DNA from: Phoronis australis
Lineage: Eukaryota > Animalia > Phoronida
DNA length: 64,000 nt
Assembly (NCBI GenBank): GCA_002633005.1
Contig: NMRA01000486.1
Coordinates: 24,842-88,841, forward strand
Direction of reading: 5' to 3'
Made by a program: the position numbers and the translations under genes
Part shown: positions 34,431-49,341 of the stretch, piece by piece
Layout: each line of letters starts with the position of its first letter
Numbering within the stretch: position 1 is the first letter of the stretch
The notes under the pieces: generated by a model
What the model was told of the DNA's origin: nothing
Databases searched by the model: none
What the model saw: the letters and a program-made list of their open reading frames with translations, nothing else

Positions 34431-37400
34431 AAAAACAGTAATATAATACAATGAAGTAATAAAACAACAATGAAATATACGAAACAAAGATACAATTAAG
34501 ACAGGTTGATAATTAAGACAATAACTAAATGACGAATAATGGTAAACATTTGAATAAGACAGATGAAATAAATTAAGAGATCACTCTAGACAGTGAGAGT
34601 ATTTACGACAGTGAAAAAATGACATGATTAAGACAGGCAGGGTATAAAAGGTTAGGTAAATTAATATCAAAAAAATTGGAATTCTTTAATTAACACTGCG
34701 TATTGATTAGATATCGAAGACGCTCGTGTCTTCAGTTACGTATCATACTCGCACATTGTTTCATTATCAAGTCAAGCGACAACTTTGTATTGTCTTGGTG
34801 AAAGTTTACATGATTTTGTACGTTCTAGGAAAACGATTCGAGTGAATCGCTCCAGGGGACTTTTGTTTTAAGCTACGGTCTCTTTGGGAGGTTTTATTGA
34901 TACTAAACGCATGCCTTTGTTGACTTTAGAAACGAGCACTTGGTGAATGTACTGTGTAATCCAAACTTAGGTTAATCAAGTGTGGTCTCATAAGGTTAGT
35001 GTCAGGTTACTGTTTGAAGTGTTCTATATTGTTTGATATTTCTGGAATGCTGTTGAAAGTTCTTGGAAGTGAAAGATGGTAACGAAGTAATGAAGCGAAG
35101 CGTGGAAGGGTTCTCACTGCTCAAAGAAAATGGCTGCAAAACTCTTGGAAAATGAGAAAAGTGGTAGAAAAGTCACGGAAAATTTCATTGAAGCTTCTAA
35201 TTTTGCATGTCGTGCTGAGAATTCATGAATTCATTTATTAAATGCTCAACAAATATGGGTGTTAAAATAGAAGATAATACTTTATGTCTACGTTTTTTGA
35301 AAAAAATAACTTGTGGAGAATGAAAATATTAAGAATCAGCGAAAGTTAACGAAAAATTCATGGAATATCCTGGAAATTCGTAGAAATTGAAAATTGCATG
35401 TGGAAAATGAAAATTGTATCCTGGAAAATTTATGGAAAATTCATGGAAAATGGAAGTCATATCCTGGAAAACTCATGGGAAACTCTGGGAAAGCCGATGG
35501 GAAATGAAACTGCGATGCGAGTGGCAACATTTCTAAGGGTGAACTCATCTGATAGTTGTGGACATCATACATATCTCCAGTACAGTATTGATCTTGCTGG
35601 CAAATTAAAAAAACTGAACGATGCACATTTATCTGATCAACCTTGATTAGTCTCTAGCACCTGGTCTAACAATGCTAACGTACTTGGCATAGGCTCAGAT
35701 TAATCCCACACAAATTAGCCTTTTGTGGCTAACCTGGTGACAGCCACATTGTGAAAGTTGACGGTTTTTCTAAGTATTACTGTGGTTCATCGCACCTTTC
35801 AGCTGCACCGACATAACTGTGTTTCATCTCATCCTCCTTTCAAGTGCACCGACATACCACCCCCCCCCCCCCNCCGTCAGTTGTACCAACATAACCATAG
35901 TTTGGCCTCTTACAACATTTTGGGTAAAAATTGTTTATGAATTCGACTACGCATGCCATGCGGCAGTTATGAAAAGAATTATTATGTGATGAAATCCTCA
36001 TGTTTTCCCAAGTAGACTTTTGTTTTTAAAAGTGTCTATCATTTGAATATTTCATAGGTTCCTCTTGCTTGAATCTTGTCTCCAAGCCAAGGTGTCATAA
36101 CCATGGCAGTCAATGTACAAAAGCTAAACATAGACACCTTCTGGAAAGCTGATGAGAAAAAAATTATATTTGTATTCCAGAAAGCCGTATTCAAATTTTT
36201 TTCTGCTTTATCCAGTATCTTATCCAACATGTGTTATTGCTTCATTGCTGTTTCCAATGATGCGAATATGTTACATAGTGTATACCTGTCGTTCCTGATG
36301 TTAGGGTACTACAGATGGTGCATGTATCATAGCTGTGTTGTTGAAATAACTGATGGGACAGAGCCCTAAATGTGTACTGCTGGACCACAAGAGTTCCAAT
36401 GGTTTTATGGACCTTTAGTTCCATTCTCTGTGCTTCAGTCTCTCGATGATGAAGTGTCAAACACATCTGGGCCTGTCCTCTGGGATCAGGGGGGTCCCTA
36501 ATTTGTGGTTGTTGACCCCTGGATTCCAGTCTATGGGATTCAGTAATCTTAGGGGAGGGGTACATTTTTATTTCTAGTCTGCCATCATTATTAAATGGAC
36601 AGGTGCCGTTAAGTGAGTGTGTTCTGCAGTGGCCCAGGTCCTGTGTGCTTGTCAACTCCAAGCACATCTCTTTCTTCATCTGTGGAAGGACAAGCACCAT
36701 TGCATTTGATATTCTGGTTTGCTGACTTTCTAAAACCGCTCTGACATGGTGGTGTGTTATAACTATTATTAAAATCTCTTGGTCTATTTACACCGACCTC
36801 TTGTCTATTTACACTGTCACGATGTTTCGACCGGTCTATTCTCCGGCCATCGTCAGGTGTTCCCGCGTTCTTAGAAGAACGAGCACTGATATGTGGTACA
36901 CTCATGGTGTGAGGTTTGCTGTTTGTTTGATGACCTCTGAACCTCACTCCCTGCTTATCAGCGAAGGGACGGACAATGCTTGATATATTTTGTTGGAGGA
37001 AGGGTCTAATGTCTGCTTCTGACACCGTGATTGCTACTCTGTGCTCATTGCTGTTCCCTGTTCTGTGGACCCAGTTTCTGATGCCTGATGACGTCACTTG
37101 TCAGCAGAATTGTAAATGGTTTGAAATTAATTTCCTCTCAGTAATTATCTCTCCCATATTGGCGATTAAAGACATGTTAAATGATGTAGCCCTTGGCTAT
37201 ATGTTCTGACCATTAGCAAATCAAAAGGTTCTTTTTTGTTCTATTGCCCCCCTGAATGTCATACTAGTTTTGAAGCCCGTATTAAGTTGTGCTCTCGGTT
37301 AGGTGGTATTAGGTTTTATTTAAATGATAGCCTATTGACGCGGTGTTCTTCATTGTTTTCTTAGTAAAATTATTCTCCTGCAACATCACATATAGTGTGC

Positions 37401-38514
37401 ATTAAGTACGCAAATGTCAACCGACATCAGTCCAACTTCAAAATATGTCAGTCATACTTCAACACTTGAAGTGAAACTTCAGCGTGCAAGTTGGGCTTCA
37501 ATGCTTGTCAAACAAGGCTTCGGCATTTCGGTCAAGCTTCAATGCTTGTTTGAAACTCGAACCCAGAATCCTCACCATACGAGACACAATTTGGAGGAAT
37601 TTTTGAAGAAAAGTTGCGAAATAAGATAGATGTTGGTGGATTGACTTGCACATCTGAACTGTAATTAGTGTATGTGACAATATGGTTGACTTTTACCTCA
37701 GAACCTCTTCTCTCACTAGGTGTCAGTGGTCGGTCTTGCGCGGCTTGGTCCCATGTAAATGAACAAGATTTTTCACCTATATATTGGGGATATCCTGAAA
37801 TGACCGACATCAAAATATAAGATCTGTTTCATGGATTTAACTTAGGTTTCTGGGGAATGGTCACTTTTCTCCACTGAATTACGTCATTCAAACTGGTTCT
37901 CAAAATACGGGCACACGATTTGCGACTGTTGACGGTTTGTGAAATTGGAATCATTAGTTTCTTTTGTACAATTTGAATTATGGTAGAGAAATTCCCATTT
38001 TCGGAGAGTGCTTTTTGGTCAAAGAGTATCAAGGCTATCACTCATGTTTTTTCTATGACATTCAGGTATATCCATGCATTGGGTAATTCCCTGGTGCATA
38101 AGCCATGGAAATTTTATAACTTTTGGTAATAGGCTGATATCTCAGTCACAACTGGATGGTCAAAACTTTGTAGCTTTGACATGGTGCTGCCAACTTTTGC
38201 GGGTTTTCTCTCTCAAATGCTTGTCACGGAAACTTGAGTCCATAACTTTCAACATATGAGTCAAACTTCAACGTGTGTCATGATAATGCAACTAAGAAGT
38301 CATTGACAAGTTAAAATACTCGACACAAACCTTGAGTCAAGCTTCAATATTTATTAATTTCTGCATATGAGTCAATCTTCAAAGCTTAATGAAACTTCAG
38401 GGTATAGGTCATTAAACTTTTATTGTCACGGAACGTCAGCATACAAACCAAACTTCAACGCTTGTAATTAAACTTCGGGGTTGAAGTCAATACTTGTTGC
38501 AAAACTTCAGGATA

Positions 38515-38700
38515 CACGCCTTCAATGCTTGTCATGAAACTTCAGTGGTGAACTCAGTGCTTGTCATGAAACTTCAGCGGTCAACTCAGTGCTTGTCATG
38601 AAACTTCAGCGGTCAACTCAGTGCTTGTCATGAAACTTCAGCGGTCAACTCAGTGCTTGTCATGAAACTTCAGCGGTCAACTCAGTGCTTGTCGTGGAAT
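38515..38700. repeat. 32-bp minisatellite (TCAGTGCTTGTCATGAAACTTCAGCGGTCAAC)
   Basis: 5-6 near-identical copies; degenerate relatives at 38220-38515 and 37430-37560. Confidence 0.9.
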
Positions 38701-39973
38701 TTCATCATACAAGCCAACCACCATTCTGTGAGCGCTAACCAGCATTAATTGATGATCAAAATGTTCTCGAGGCTTGGGAAACACTCTATCTGATGAAAAT
38801 GGCATTCTCTTAAGTTTCAACAATTTGTGTCGCACGGATTTTTGTGATGTACCAAATTAGTGTTCAGCAGTTTACATCACAATGCGGTAAAATCTTGCCA
38901 GTTTCTGACGAAAAGTTGCCCTGTCCTCATTTTTCAAGGTCTTCTAACATTTTTGTGATAACTGACAGATTTTCAAAATGTCTGATGGTAGCCATGGAGC
39001 AGATATTGATCATAGGATAGCAATAGTTTGATGTAAGCGTACTTTTAAAGTGAAACTTTTTGGTCAATTCCTTATGTCTGTGATTGCTTGGTCAAATTAG
39101 TTAGAAACACAAAATATTGCGATGATGTTATTATGAAGTAGATTGAAAATTGCCAAACCTGTTAAAGAATGAGTTTTGCGGTGAAAGTGATCTGCCTCAA
39201 ATCACTGAATCGTGTCCAGTAAGTATCGCTACATGGTGCTAGGGCTGCGGGATTCGGGCTATGTGAACTGGCGAGGTACGTCATTAGTGCAAAGGTCACC
39301 TATGTGCATATTTTTTTGTTTTCACATTTACAAGTTGTCATACTTAGGAACGCGCAAATACATTTTTAAATGAAAACGAGATGTATAATTTCTCTTGCCG
39401 GCCATATTTTGTGCTAATTGATGACACTTAGTTGTGCAGTCGTTTGTAAGCTCCATCGATCAGCACAGTCAAGTTTTTGATTTTAACAAATTTTGTGTTT
39501 GAATGTTTGAATGTTTTGACATCTCAGGTTTCAAAAAGTACTCCATGGATGTAACCAAACTTTCAGAATAAAAAGGCCCGTATGGGTTGCGTAACCCTGT
39601 TAATTATTAGTAAAATTTGCTTGACTGAAAGTTCTGCTGTTTTTGGAAATTGTGCGAGATTCATCGACATGACGTCATTTTCAACCCTGCGACCTCTGCT
39701 CTAGGGAGTTCAAGTAGACAGAAACTATTCTTGTGCTGTGTTCCCTCAGGTGACCATAATATGTTTTTTCTTTCAGTTTTGAGTGACAGAGTATGGGTTG
39801 GTCAATAATGTCACGTAAAGGTGAATATTATTTTTTTAATATAGAATCGCAGATGATTGACTCTGGCATTGATGAGCAACGTCCTTCAAATCAACTGACA
39901 ACCCATTTCAAATATCTATAGTATCCCTTCCAGTTTGAGGTTGACAGCTTTTTAATTTTGATAGGATGTGTGA

Positions 39974-40950
39974 TGTGAGGGGCGGAAAGGGCAAAAATTA
40001 TGAAAAAATAATTCCAACCCTATTTTGTAAATTCAACTCGATTTAATAAATTCAATCCTATTTAAAATATTATTAAATCCTATTAAGTAAATTGAATGCT
40101 ACTTAAAAAAATCCTGTTTTGTTAATTCAATTCTATGTAAAACAATCCTGTTTAGAAGCGAACCCGTTTCGGAAAATCGAGCGTGTCTTACAAAATTGAC
40201 CTTGTTTTGTCAATCTTTGGGCAATTTACAAAACTAACCCTGTTACTAAAGTCGGTCGTGTTTTATAAAATTGAGTCTGTTTCATCAATCCTGTCGACGA
40301 TTCCTAAAACTAACGCTGCTGTGAAACGCCGAGGTTGGCATCAGTAATTACGTCACTCCTTCCACGGCAGATCCAAATGCTCAAGCTTTTACATTTCTAT
40401 CATGAACATCGTCTGCACGAATCTTTTCTTGAATATTTTTAATCTCGTTCACAGCGAGCGCCAGGGTGGGCTCAACCATGTTCAGTCATGTGATAAACTA
40501 GTTTCGCTTCCCACTGTCAATATGGGAAATAGAATCTTCAAAACAGGATAATTTTCTATTCAAACATGATTGATTTTACACGCTCAGTTTACGAAGTTTG
40601 ACTCAATCTCCGCTCAGTTTAAGAATTTTGACTCAATCTCCATAACGGAATTGAATTAATGTGTGTAGCATGAATCTTTAAAATAGCATCTGACTTCATA
40701 AAAGCAATGAATCTTCTAATTTAAAACTGGATGGATTTTATTGAGTGCAATTGAATTTTCGATCTAAGATGAATTATCAAACAGATTTAATTTTTATGTC
40801 AAATTAGGTTGAATTAATTGTGTAGTATTGAATTTATGAAACAATATTTAATTACTTTTTAAGTAGGATTGAATTTATTAAGTAGAATTAAATTTAAAAA
40901 ATAGAGTTGATTTTCTTTTTTGACAATTTTTGCCATTTTCGTTCCTCATA
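39974..40950. mobile_element. Foldback/MITE with long imperfect inverted arms
   Basis: TGTGAGGGGCGGAAAGGGCAAAAATT at left vs AATTTTTGCCATTTTCGTTCCTCATA at right; inverted AAATTCAATCCTA / TAGGATTGAATTT subrepeats. Confidence 0.65.
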
Positions 40951-41562
40951 GTGGCATGCCACTTTAAAAATCTCGGCTCAGCATTAAGTTTATAGTTAGT
41001 ATAAATGACTGCGTTGTGCTAGATGGTCACTCCAGGTCTTATACTAAATCATCAATTTCGAATAAGACTGATTAGCATAATTGACCCTTACACCAATTCA
41101 TCAATTTTGAATAAGAATGATTAGCATAATTGACCATTTATCATTTAGATTCTGACGCGAATTTCTCCAATTTTCTTAAATATTGTGCGATGCTGTCTTC
41201 TGTGCAGAATGGGCATCCATTATTGGTGGAGCTTACATGTGATAAAAAATAAGATCCTAAAATTTTGTATTTTGTATTGCTTCCTATGTTGGCGAGGTTT
41301 TGCTTCATTTTTTGTGACTTTTAGTAATAGAAAGTTTACCACATTACATAGGGAACTTGTTGTGGCTGGCTCTCTGTGCCTTTTACACAGAGCAGCCAAC
41401 ACAAGGCGAGTTGACACGGAACGAGTTGACACGGAACGAGTTGTCACTAGTGTCTATTTTGTCACCAGCTTTTGAGGTAGAGCAAATTGTACTTGATTGT
41501 CTTGATGTGATCATGTTGTCTACGCTTACACAATGGCGTACGTACGGGTGACCATGTTGTCA

Positions 41563-41782
41563 GCAGTGTGGCCTAGAGTGATAAGTGCTCGCCTCTTTAC
41601 ACAAGGTCATGGGTTCGAGTCCCACTGGGGCACTCTGCTGGAACTTGAGTCGGGTCTTTAGCCCCCGAACTCGGTATTATCTATTAATAAAGCATAAAAA
41701 TTATTCCAAGTTATCAGTACAATGGCCCACCCGAGTGGCCTGTGTACATCTGGTACAACGTGCAATTATTTTATTTATATTT
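41563..41782 (+). mobile_element. tRNA-derived SINE, copy 2
   Basis: GCAGTGTGGCCTAGAGTGATAAG...GGTTCGAGTCCCA; body alignable by eye to copy 1; ends TGCAATTATTTT. Confidence 0.82.
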
Positions 41783-44700
41783 TTGTGTCATATCTGTGCC
41801 TGTCTTCCTTTGCCTTTTACTTGTATAATTCAGTCGTTGCCGATCTAAATGCTTTCTGTCTCTAAGTATATAAAAACTTGTATCATTTTCTCTTTCTCAA
41901 CATAAACCACAAATTTTTACCTTGAGCACTCAACATTCTTGCCAACAGCTTCCACTCATGCTTTCTGAGTTGTTTGTCTAAACGGTGGCAGTTCGATCGC
42001 CGAGTCATCTTGCGCTACATCAGTTTGTACTGTGTCACTGTTTAGGTCTACCTGAGCTGTGCAGAATTAAATGATCATAGTGTTTGTTGACAGTTTGAGT
42101 GAGATCAATTCAACTACTTTCACAACTGGCCAACGCACGGTTGTACACGAGTGTGAGTACGTTTTGGGCCACCCTGTAGAACTCAAACGTCAGTATAGCA
42201 CCTGCAGTTTGCATTCAATAGGGTCGTCCCGTATTACACAGAAACACTTGAATTTCGCTGTAGTTACCAAACTATGCTGTAAACAATTGTCAGGCATATT
42301 TACTGCCTCTTTTTTGTGCCATTGGAGTTTTACTTGGTATTTTTTGTCTGATTCTTTATAATTTTTTTCCGGTTGCATTATTCTATTCATCCATCCAATG
42401 CCAACAAACTTTTATTGCTGTGTTGTGGGCTGCACCTCCAACGTGAGAAAGTTTGATTAACTGGACAAATACGTGATGTGAAATTCTTCGCCTTCCCGAC
42501 ATGAATGAGAGACGCAAAATGTGCCTAATTTCCAAAATGAGGTCATGTGCTTTCTCATTTCCGGGACAAAGGAGTTCTACCAGTGTGCAATCTGGGACTG
42601 GCCTATTCCTTTGAATCCAACTGCACCCGGGTCTATTACCTAGATACACATTTCTGGCCAAATACTGTTAGATGCTTGAGATTGTGCATGCTCAGTAGGC
42701 AAACAAATGACACAAATGTTTTGAAGACTGAATGTTTAACGCACAGTGAGAAGGGAAACTTTATTTAGTGACGTGTAGAGACAATTAACCATCTCCCATT
42801 GTTAGCAAACAATGCATTTATTTGGTTTTTAAGGCAATTTCTTCTTTAGTCACTTTTGAGTTAATAAAGAATGCAGTTGTATTTTCTGAAAGTAGAAGAC
42901 AAGACACGCCCTTTCATTCGCAATGTTCCATTCCTATGGTCCTGTGACCTCGTATTTTTCGTAAAAATGTTGGTTTTAAAGATACATTATTTCTTCAAAC
43001 TTTATATTAAAACTTTGATGACAGTTATGATGAAAAACCACGGTTGTGTCGGGGATTTTCCACTACTCCAGCCGTTTTTTAATCTAAAATATATATTGCA
43101 TATGTATGTGCATTGTTTTAAAAATAACGCGAATCGTGATGTTAAATCAAACATAAAAATCAATGAAACCTCTTGTGAAAAGTGTGAAGTACATTTTTCA
43201 CATTGATAGTTTGTGCTGTTAGCAATGTCAAGCACTAGTAGTATCAGTGATCTTTTCCTCAAGATATATTTCAAATTATATGTCTTTACCATTTAGCAAT
43301 TGCTGAAAAGTATTGTTTTGTATCAATATTTGAACACCCTCCGCTTTTATCAATATATATTCCTAACTACGCTCGTCAGTTATGACTACAAGGTAAAATC
43401 TCACTTAATTTCAGACAAAAATAATTGGCACAATTGATTTTTTTCAAAAGCTTCTGTTGTTGCCCTGGCTGCTTATAAGTTCTGTCGAAATATTTCCTGG
43501 TAGTAGTCACGACACTCTTATTTAGTTCATGCTACTTACCATTTATGAAAAACATGATAAAAAATCAATTTCTCTTGGGGGTTTTCTCATCCCAGCATTC
43601 TACCTATCGTCATGATTTTTTTATTGATGGCTTAACTGACCAATCAGAATGCAGCATTCTTGACACGCCTTCGTTTCCAAGCCGCCATTTTACCCGATAA
43701 ACAACATGATGTCGGGTAAAATTTATTGTTTGTTTGCCGGATGTCACATGACTTTTCGCAAGGCAGCAGAGCTAGTGATAAGTCAGTTCAGTGTTAAGTT
43801 GACAAACTTCTGAGACTGGATGGGTTAGCCAAGTGGGTTACGGACTTATACACATGCTATTCATCTTCAGTTCTGAAGAAATTTTCTTTTAACATTTTGA
43901 CTTGAATATGTTCTATAATTATGAAGGAAAACGCTAAAAACTTTGAAAAAACAGTGTGGACTTCTCAGTCACATGGGGAGTGAGTGGGTTGACAAACAGT
44001 GGGTCTTCAGTGTCTTGGGAAACTTTTGCATGACATTTGTGTTGTGGTAAACTTTTATTGGCAGGTTTTCCGCTATTTGATTGACATGTCACTGAAAAGT
44101 AGGTCTGCCATGTTTTGAAGCAGATTTTCAAAAGGAGTAGATTTTCACTAAAGAAACTCATATATTTGTATGAAATTGATTTCATTTGTAATATAATACA
44201 TATTCTTGCTTATTTTAAGTTTAAAATTTTGTTTTTGTGAAATGAGAATAAATATAACCTTAAGCAGTCGAACTCTCAGCCTTCCAATGTTATAAAGACT
44301 TTCTGGCAACAAACCAGTAAATTAGGTCTCCAAATATCTGTACTGGTATATCCTATCCTATCCTAAAAATTAATTGGTGCCTTATACTCTGTTCAATAGT
44401 TGACCTTTTCAATGTCTCTTGTTAATTGCGGGTGTTAAATTATCTCTAAATGACTTTCATTACCTGAGGGTTAGATGGACATTTCGTTTCTGCATGTGAC
44501 CTGAACAGAGAATTAATGAAACCGGCTGATTACATCTATGAAACTGTTCCCAAAATCTAGTCTGCCATCGTGGTCGTTGCTTTTCACCATTGAGGCGATC
44601 CAGACATTGCAATGATGTGAAATGAGAAGGGTTTTTTGCCTTGTTACTTTGACAGTCTTGTGTACTTCCACTGTCTTAAATAATTTGTTCATAGATGGAA

Positions 44701-46317
44701 ATTTCTTATATGTATGTACAACACATATGTGAGTGCATAATGCCACGATCTTTGTCTGAGCATCCAACACCTGACCTCCCACGCCTAAATTGCATGCTGC
44801 TGTGTCTCCTATAAACCCCTAGAAGGATCTTATTGAGATTTGGCTGATGCGTTCCAATGAGGCTGATGGCAGATGACTACAAGTTTCAGACCGTTCTGAT
44901 TCCCTGGTGTTAATTTTAATTTCTTACATTTGCCTCTTTATGAATTTCCATAAAGTTTATCAAATAAGCTTCTGTTATAATTAGACAAGGATAGCTTTTC
45001 ATTTTTGGACAGATTTGACGTATTCTGTGTTACTTCGTGACCATCTTTATTAATTCTGTGTCCATTTTTGGTGTCACTGCCTTTCTATCCGCAAAACTAC
45101 TCAAAGGATCATGTCAATAGGAGATGTCTTCCTGCTGACAATAGCTACTGCTGGGCTTCTTATTGGCAATTTTGGTATCGGCATCTGCGGAGTTCTTTGA
45201 TGGTTTTTCATGAAATTTGGCAAATAGGTTTCTATTGTGGAAAAACACTTTGTCTAGTGCCTTTCCATTTGTGGCAAATTTTGACGTATTCTGCACCACC
45301 TAGTGTGCGTTTTTATTATTTTTTCACCAGGTGGATTTTCTAGTGATTGTGTTTATGAATTTATGAGTCTCGTTGTGACGTGTACTCATGGTGACTAGAA
45401 AAAATTATACAATATCTACAATGCAACTGTAATTCATGTGTTCGTATCGTAAATTTTGCAATGCTACCCTACAGACTTCAACTTAGATTTTTGAAAAAAA
45501 ATGTTTATTGTGGAGTACAAATGTTACTTTGGTATTGGTGTTATGGTGCAATGTTATTGTGACTGAGTTGCCTGTTCGTGTGAGTTCTTCAAGTGCACAA
45601 AACTATTGAAGCTTTAAACCTCCAGGTATCATACTTAGAAAAAGAATATTACTGTTCACTCTGTCTGCAATACTCGAATAGATAAAATAGAATTTGTTAT
45701 TTCTCCCCTTTCTGTCATGCTACGCCCCTCATTTGTTTTAATTGACGTTCACACGTTTTCCTGTGCTTAATATGAACCTGTATGAACCAGACAAACAATT
45801 AGTCATAAAAATAGAACAGGAAGTGGTGCTAATTGATACATTGTAGCAGTTCAGTGGCTAGTGGCAGTGCACAGTTTTCCCACAAGTGTGGGAAGCCTTG
45901 CAATGTCAAGGAGATGAGTGAAACTCAGCGTGGTTGAGGTGATCAAAGAACGGCTAGATGACTGTAGTGTTCCAATGCTTCCGCCGTCAATGGCTGATTC
46001 CTGAAGTCTGGCTGTTATTGTTGCACTTGACCGAGATTGTGCGAGGGGAGCTCAGCTGGTTTTCGAAGGGGGAGGCAACTGGAAAATCTAAGTATACCCA
46101 GCCTTTTACAAAGTGACCGCAAAAAATCCGCTTGTACGGTGTTCTCAAGTTGTTCCCTTAGACTTAGATTTTAAACGATTACTGGTTTCTGGTATGCAAC
46201 TCAATCTGCACCGCTACATACCGATTGTAATAAAAAAACACCAAAGGTACTTCATATTGGTCACGGGTAAAGTTGGGTATGTTTGGCTGTTTGGTAAAGT
46301 GCTAAATGAGTTTGAAT

Positions 46318-46614
46318 TACTGTAAAAATTCTCTAGTTTGGAGAGCCTCTTGAATTTGTGACACAGGAACTCTCGCAAAGGTTGACTTTTCTTTATTCTG
46401 GAATTTGGGACAAGGGCGATTTTGATATTCATCGTATTTCTCAAAATTCGGACAAAGTTCCTTCAACCTATAGGCTGGTTAATTTTGCCCTCTTTCCGGT
46501 GACTCTGGAATTTGGGATCCTCAGTATTGCCTATTTCTAGAATTTGGGATAAGCTGTCCAACCTTGAACAAAATAATTAATTTTCAGTGTCCCAAAGTAG
46601 AGAATTTTTGCGGT
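46318..46614. mobile_element. Mariner/pogo-like MITE; related copies at about 13090-13375 (same orientation) and about 32320-32635 (inverted)
   Basis: ta|CTGTAAAAATTCTCTAGTTTGG ... CCAAAGTAGAGAATTTTTGCGG; shared core GACAAGGGCGATTTTG...TATTTCTCAAA...CTATTTCTAGAATTTGG. Confidence 0.65.
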
Positions 46615-49341
46615 GAACGACAGCTCTTGTACATTTTTAGGAATCATCTTGGTTTTTGAGTACATGTACTGAGAACAGTGAACCTTGTCAGGCAATGAAC
46701 TCAACAGTTACAAGATTTAACTTTGGTACTTGTTTTATGTATCCACCTTCGAATTATGCTGACATCATCAGAAAGCAAGATCAAAATTCCTGACTATACT
46801 ACAAGACATGGGCTACGTAAAAGCGTATACTACGTCACCTGATTAAAAGCGGTAGTGACACGGTTTTCGTAGTTGACGTTCAGGTGGGCACCAAGAGATT
46901 ACTATCAATAATTCTGCACACCCTAGGGGGCACTGATGTGCTATGGATTGTGCGATTGTTCCCCTCAAAGTTTACACCAGTGGAGACGTAAAATTTGTGT
47001 CACTTGAAATTTTAAATAGAGTTGGAATTTTTTCTGTTCTTTTATTTCATTACGTACTTTTGTTGAAAAAAACGGGTTCAAAGTTGATCGCTGCGGTTCT
47101 TTTCCATAACTTTTGATGCTCTGCAGAATTACTTATCAAGAGCGCATTGTCGAGAGATTGTAGCGCCTTCTAAAGAAAAGGTAGAAAACTGTGTTGTAGG
47201 GGGCAAGTGGAATTGTTCTAGAATGAAGTTTCTTCTGATCACAAACTCTTTGCATCCTGCGTTGAAGAATCCTCACTCTACTGAATAACTTGGTAAATAA
47301 ATATGATTAGGGTCATTAGTGTGGAGCACAAGTCAAAGTAATTGTCAATTAACAGTTAACAGTTGGTAAAAACTACCATAATTCCAATGCTGTCAACTAA
47401 CAGTAATGGTCCCAACTGTCTGTCTATAGAGAATGCATCAAATTCCCCCATTTGCTCGTCATTAGGTTCATGCCCTACATTATTAGACTCTAGAGGTCAC
47501 TTGCGTAACTTAATTCCATATAAGTGATTTACATCAAATCATATGTGCCTGTAGCATAGTCGGCTTCGGCTTGCATAGTTATTATGTGTTCGTGACAAAA
47601 CATTGTGTACCGAAACCTAACGAATGCGTTCACTCCCCAGATTTAGTTTCAGAATTACTGTAGATGCATAAATGCACTTAAATATTCCTTGAAGCGTTAC
47701 CAGTCAAGGTACTGCAAAGTTAAGTCTATCGGCTCGGGTAGTTAGAAGAGATCTGTTTTTCTTCTTTAGCCTGGTTTTGGGATTGGAATATCAACCATGC
47801 ATAGAGAATTATCCGTTAATTGTAGAAATGCACATTTTCAAGTGATGCCTTTTGTGAATTTTACGTAACCATCGTTAAGAAAAATCATGTCATTGACAGA
47901 AGAGCAACGCATCTGCAATAATTAGGCGACTTCGTTTTTACTTTTGAGTTTTCACTCTCAAGATAGGAATGTTCTTGATAGTCAAACATCTGTTGCATTC
48001 GTACACATTGGTTACCGGTAATTTGCTCTGTTTGATTTATAAAGTAAATACCCTCTACTTTTCATTCGAAAAATCCATAGACAACCCATTTGTTGACAAG
48101 ACTACAGAGTGCGCTACTGGTTTCAATATGTGGTTAAATTTAATTTTGTCATTTCATCTCGCCCAAAGTCTTCTATAGTAGTTCGAGAGTAGGTCTCAAG
48201 TCTGAATACGTCTTGAAGGGACATGAGTTTATTTCGGTGGTCGCCATTTATCGACCTGAGGAATAATAAGTTGGAGTAAAAGTTTCTGAGTAATTTAAAG
48301 AGGCCTGAAACGTGGAATTTTTTAAACAATTCCTGGCGAAAATACCATCTCGCAATGTCTGGTATACAGTAATTGACTTCCCCTGTGAGGAAACTTTCTT
48401 GAAAAGTCACAAAATTCACGATTTTTGAAATACACGCGAAGGAAAAACTCTGTGGTTACCACAGAGTTTTTATTCTCCCTCTCACTTATGATGAATGCGT
48501 GTGTACACTCACACTCAGTTGTTTGAAGTCACTTGAGGTCAAAGGTCACATTTTCAGTATAAGGGAGGTGTGCTTTGTCTATGTCTTGCCATACCAAATA
48601 AGGAGATGTGCCTTGCTTTGTAGGAGAAAAACCAACGAAGTGGCAGATCATTTTTTGAAATTTGAAACTTAAAAGAAAATGCTTTGATATAAACAGGAAT
48701 TAAAAATCTTTACCAACAAACCCTAAAAATACCTGGTGAGCAGGTTTCAGTGGCTGAGAACCCGACTTTCAACTTTGTAATTTAGTCTGTTTGTCGTGTT
48801 CCAGTCCTCTTTAAGGGTACAAGTAAGCTTTGGTGGTCCCCAGGACAGATGCTCTTCAAGTCATGGGTTTGGGAGACAAATATCCATTAGCAAATGGATA
48901 TGATTTGTGACTAATCAGTGTCTAAGCTCCGCAACTTATTTTTTACTTTTGCCAGCACCAAAGTTCTGCCTGCTATCGTATTGTTATTGTAAAGATTGCT
49001 CAACTGATGCCATGCTATTCTGAAGTTATTATACCGAAAGTCGTGAGAAAATGGGAAATTTTCTTAATTTTGATTTGAATAATTTTTCAGGTATTTGTGT
49101 GATTTCTATAAAATGTCATCTAAGTTACTGCACATTTTTCTAAGATGCATCGACATTGCCAAAAAAAGCATGAAGCAGACGTCACGACCAGCGGACTCAT
49201 ATCTGGATAAGCAAGGACAAAATAAAGAAATTTACATTCATAACATTTCACAAATATATTATATTGTATTTTATTTCATAATATCTCGTGGATTTACAGT
49301 TAAACATGTGAACCACATGTGAGTGCCAGCGCATGTAGCTA

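Noticed and set aside
42190-42768. Cluster of short ORFs
   Set aside because: No recognisable motif or splice structure, and not the missing MON2 exon.
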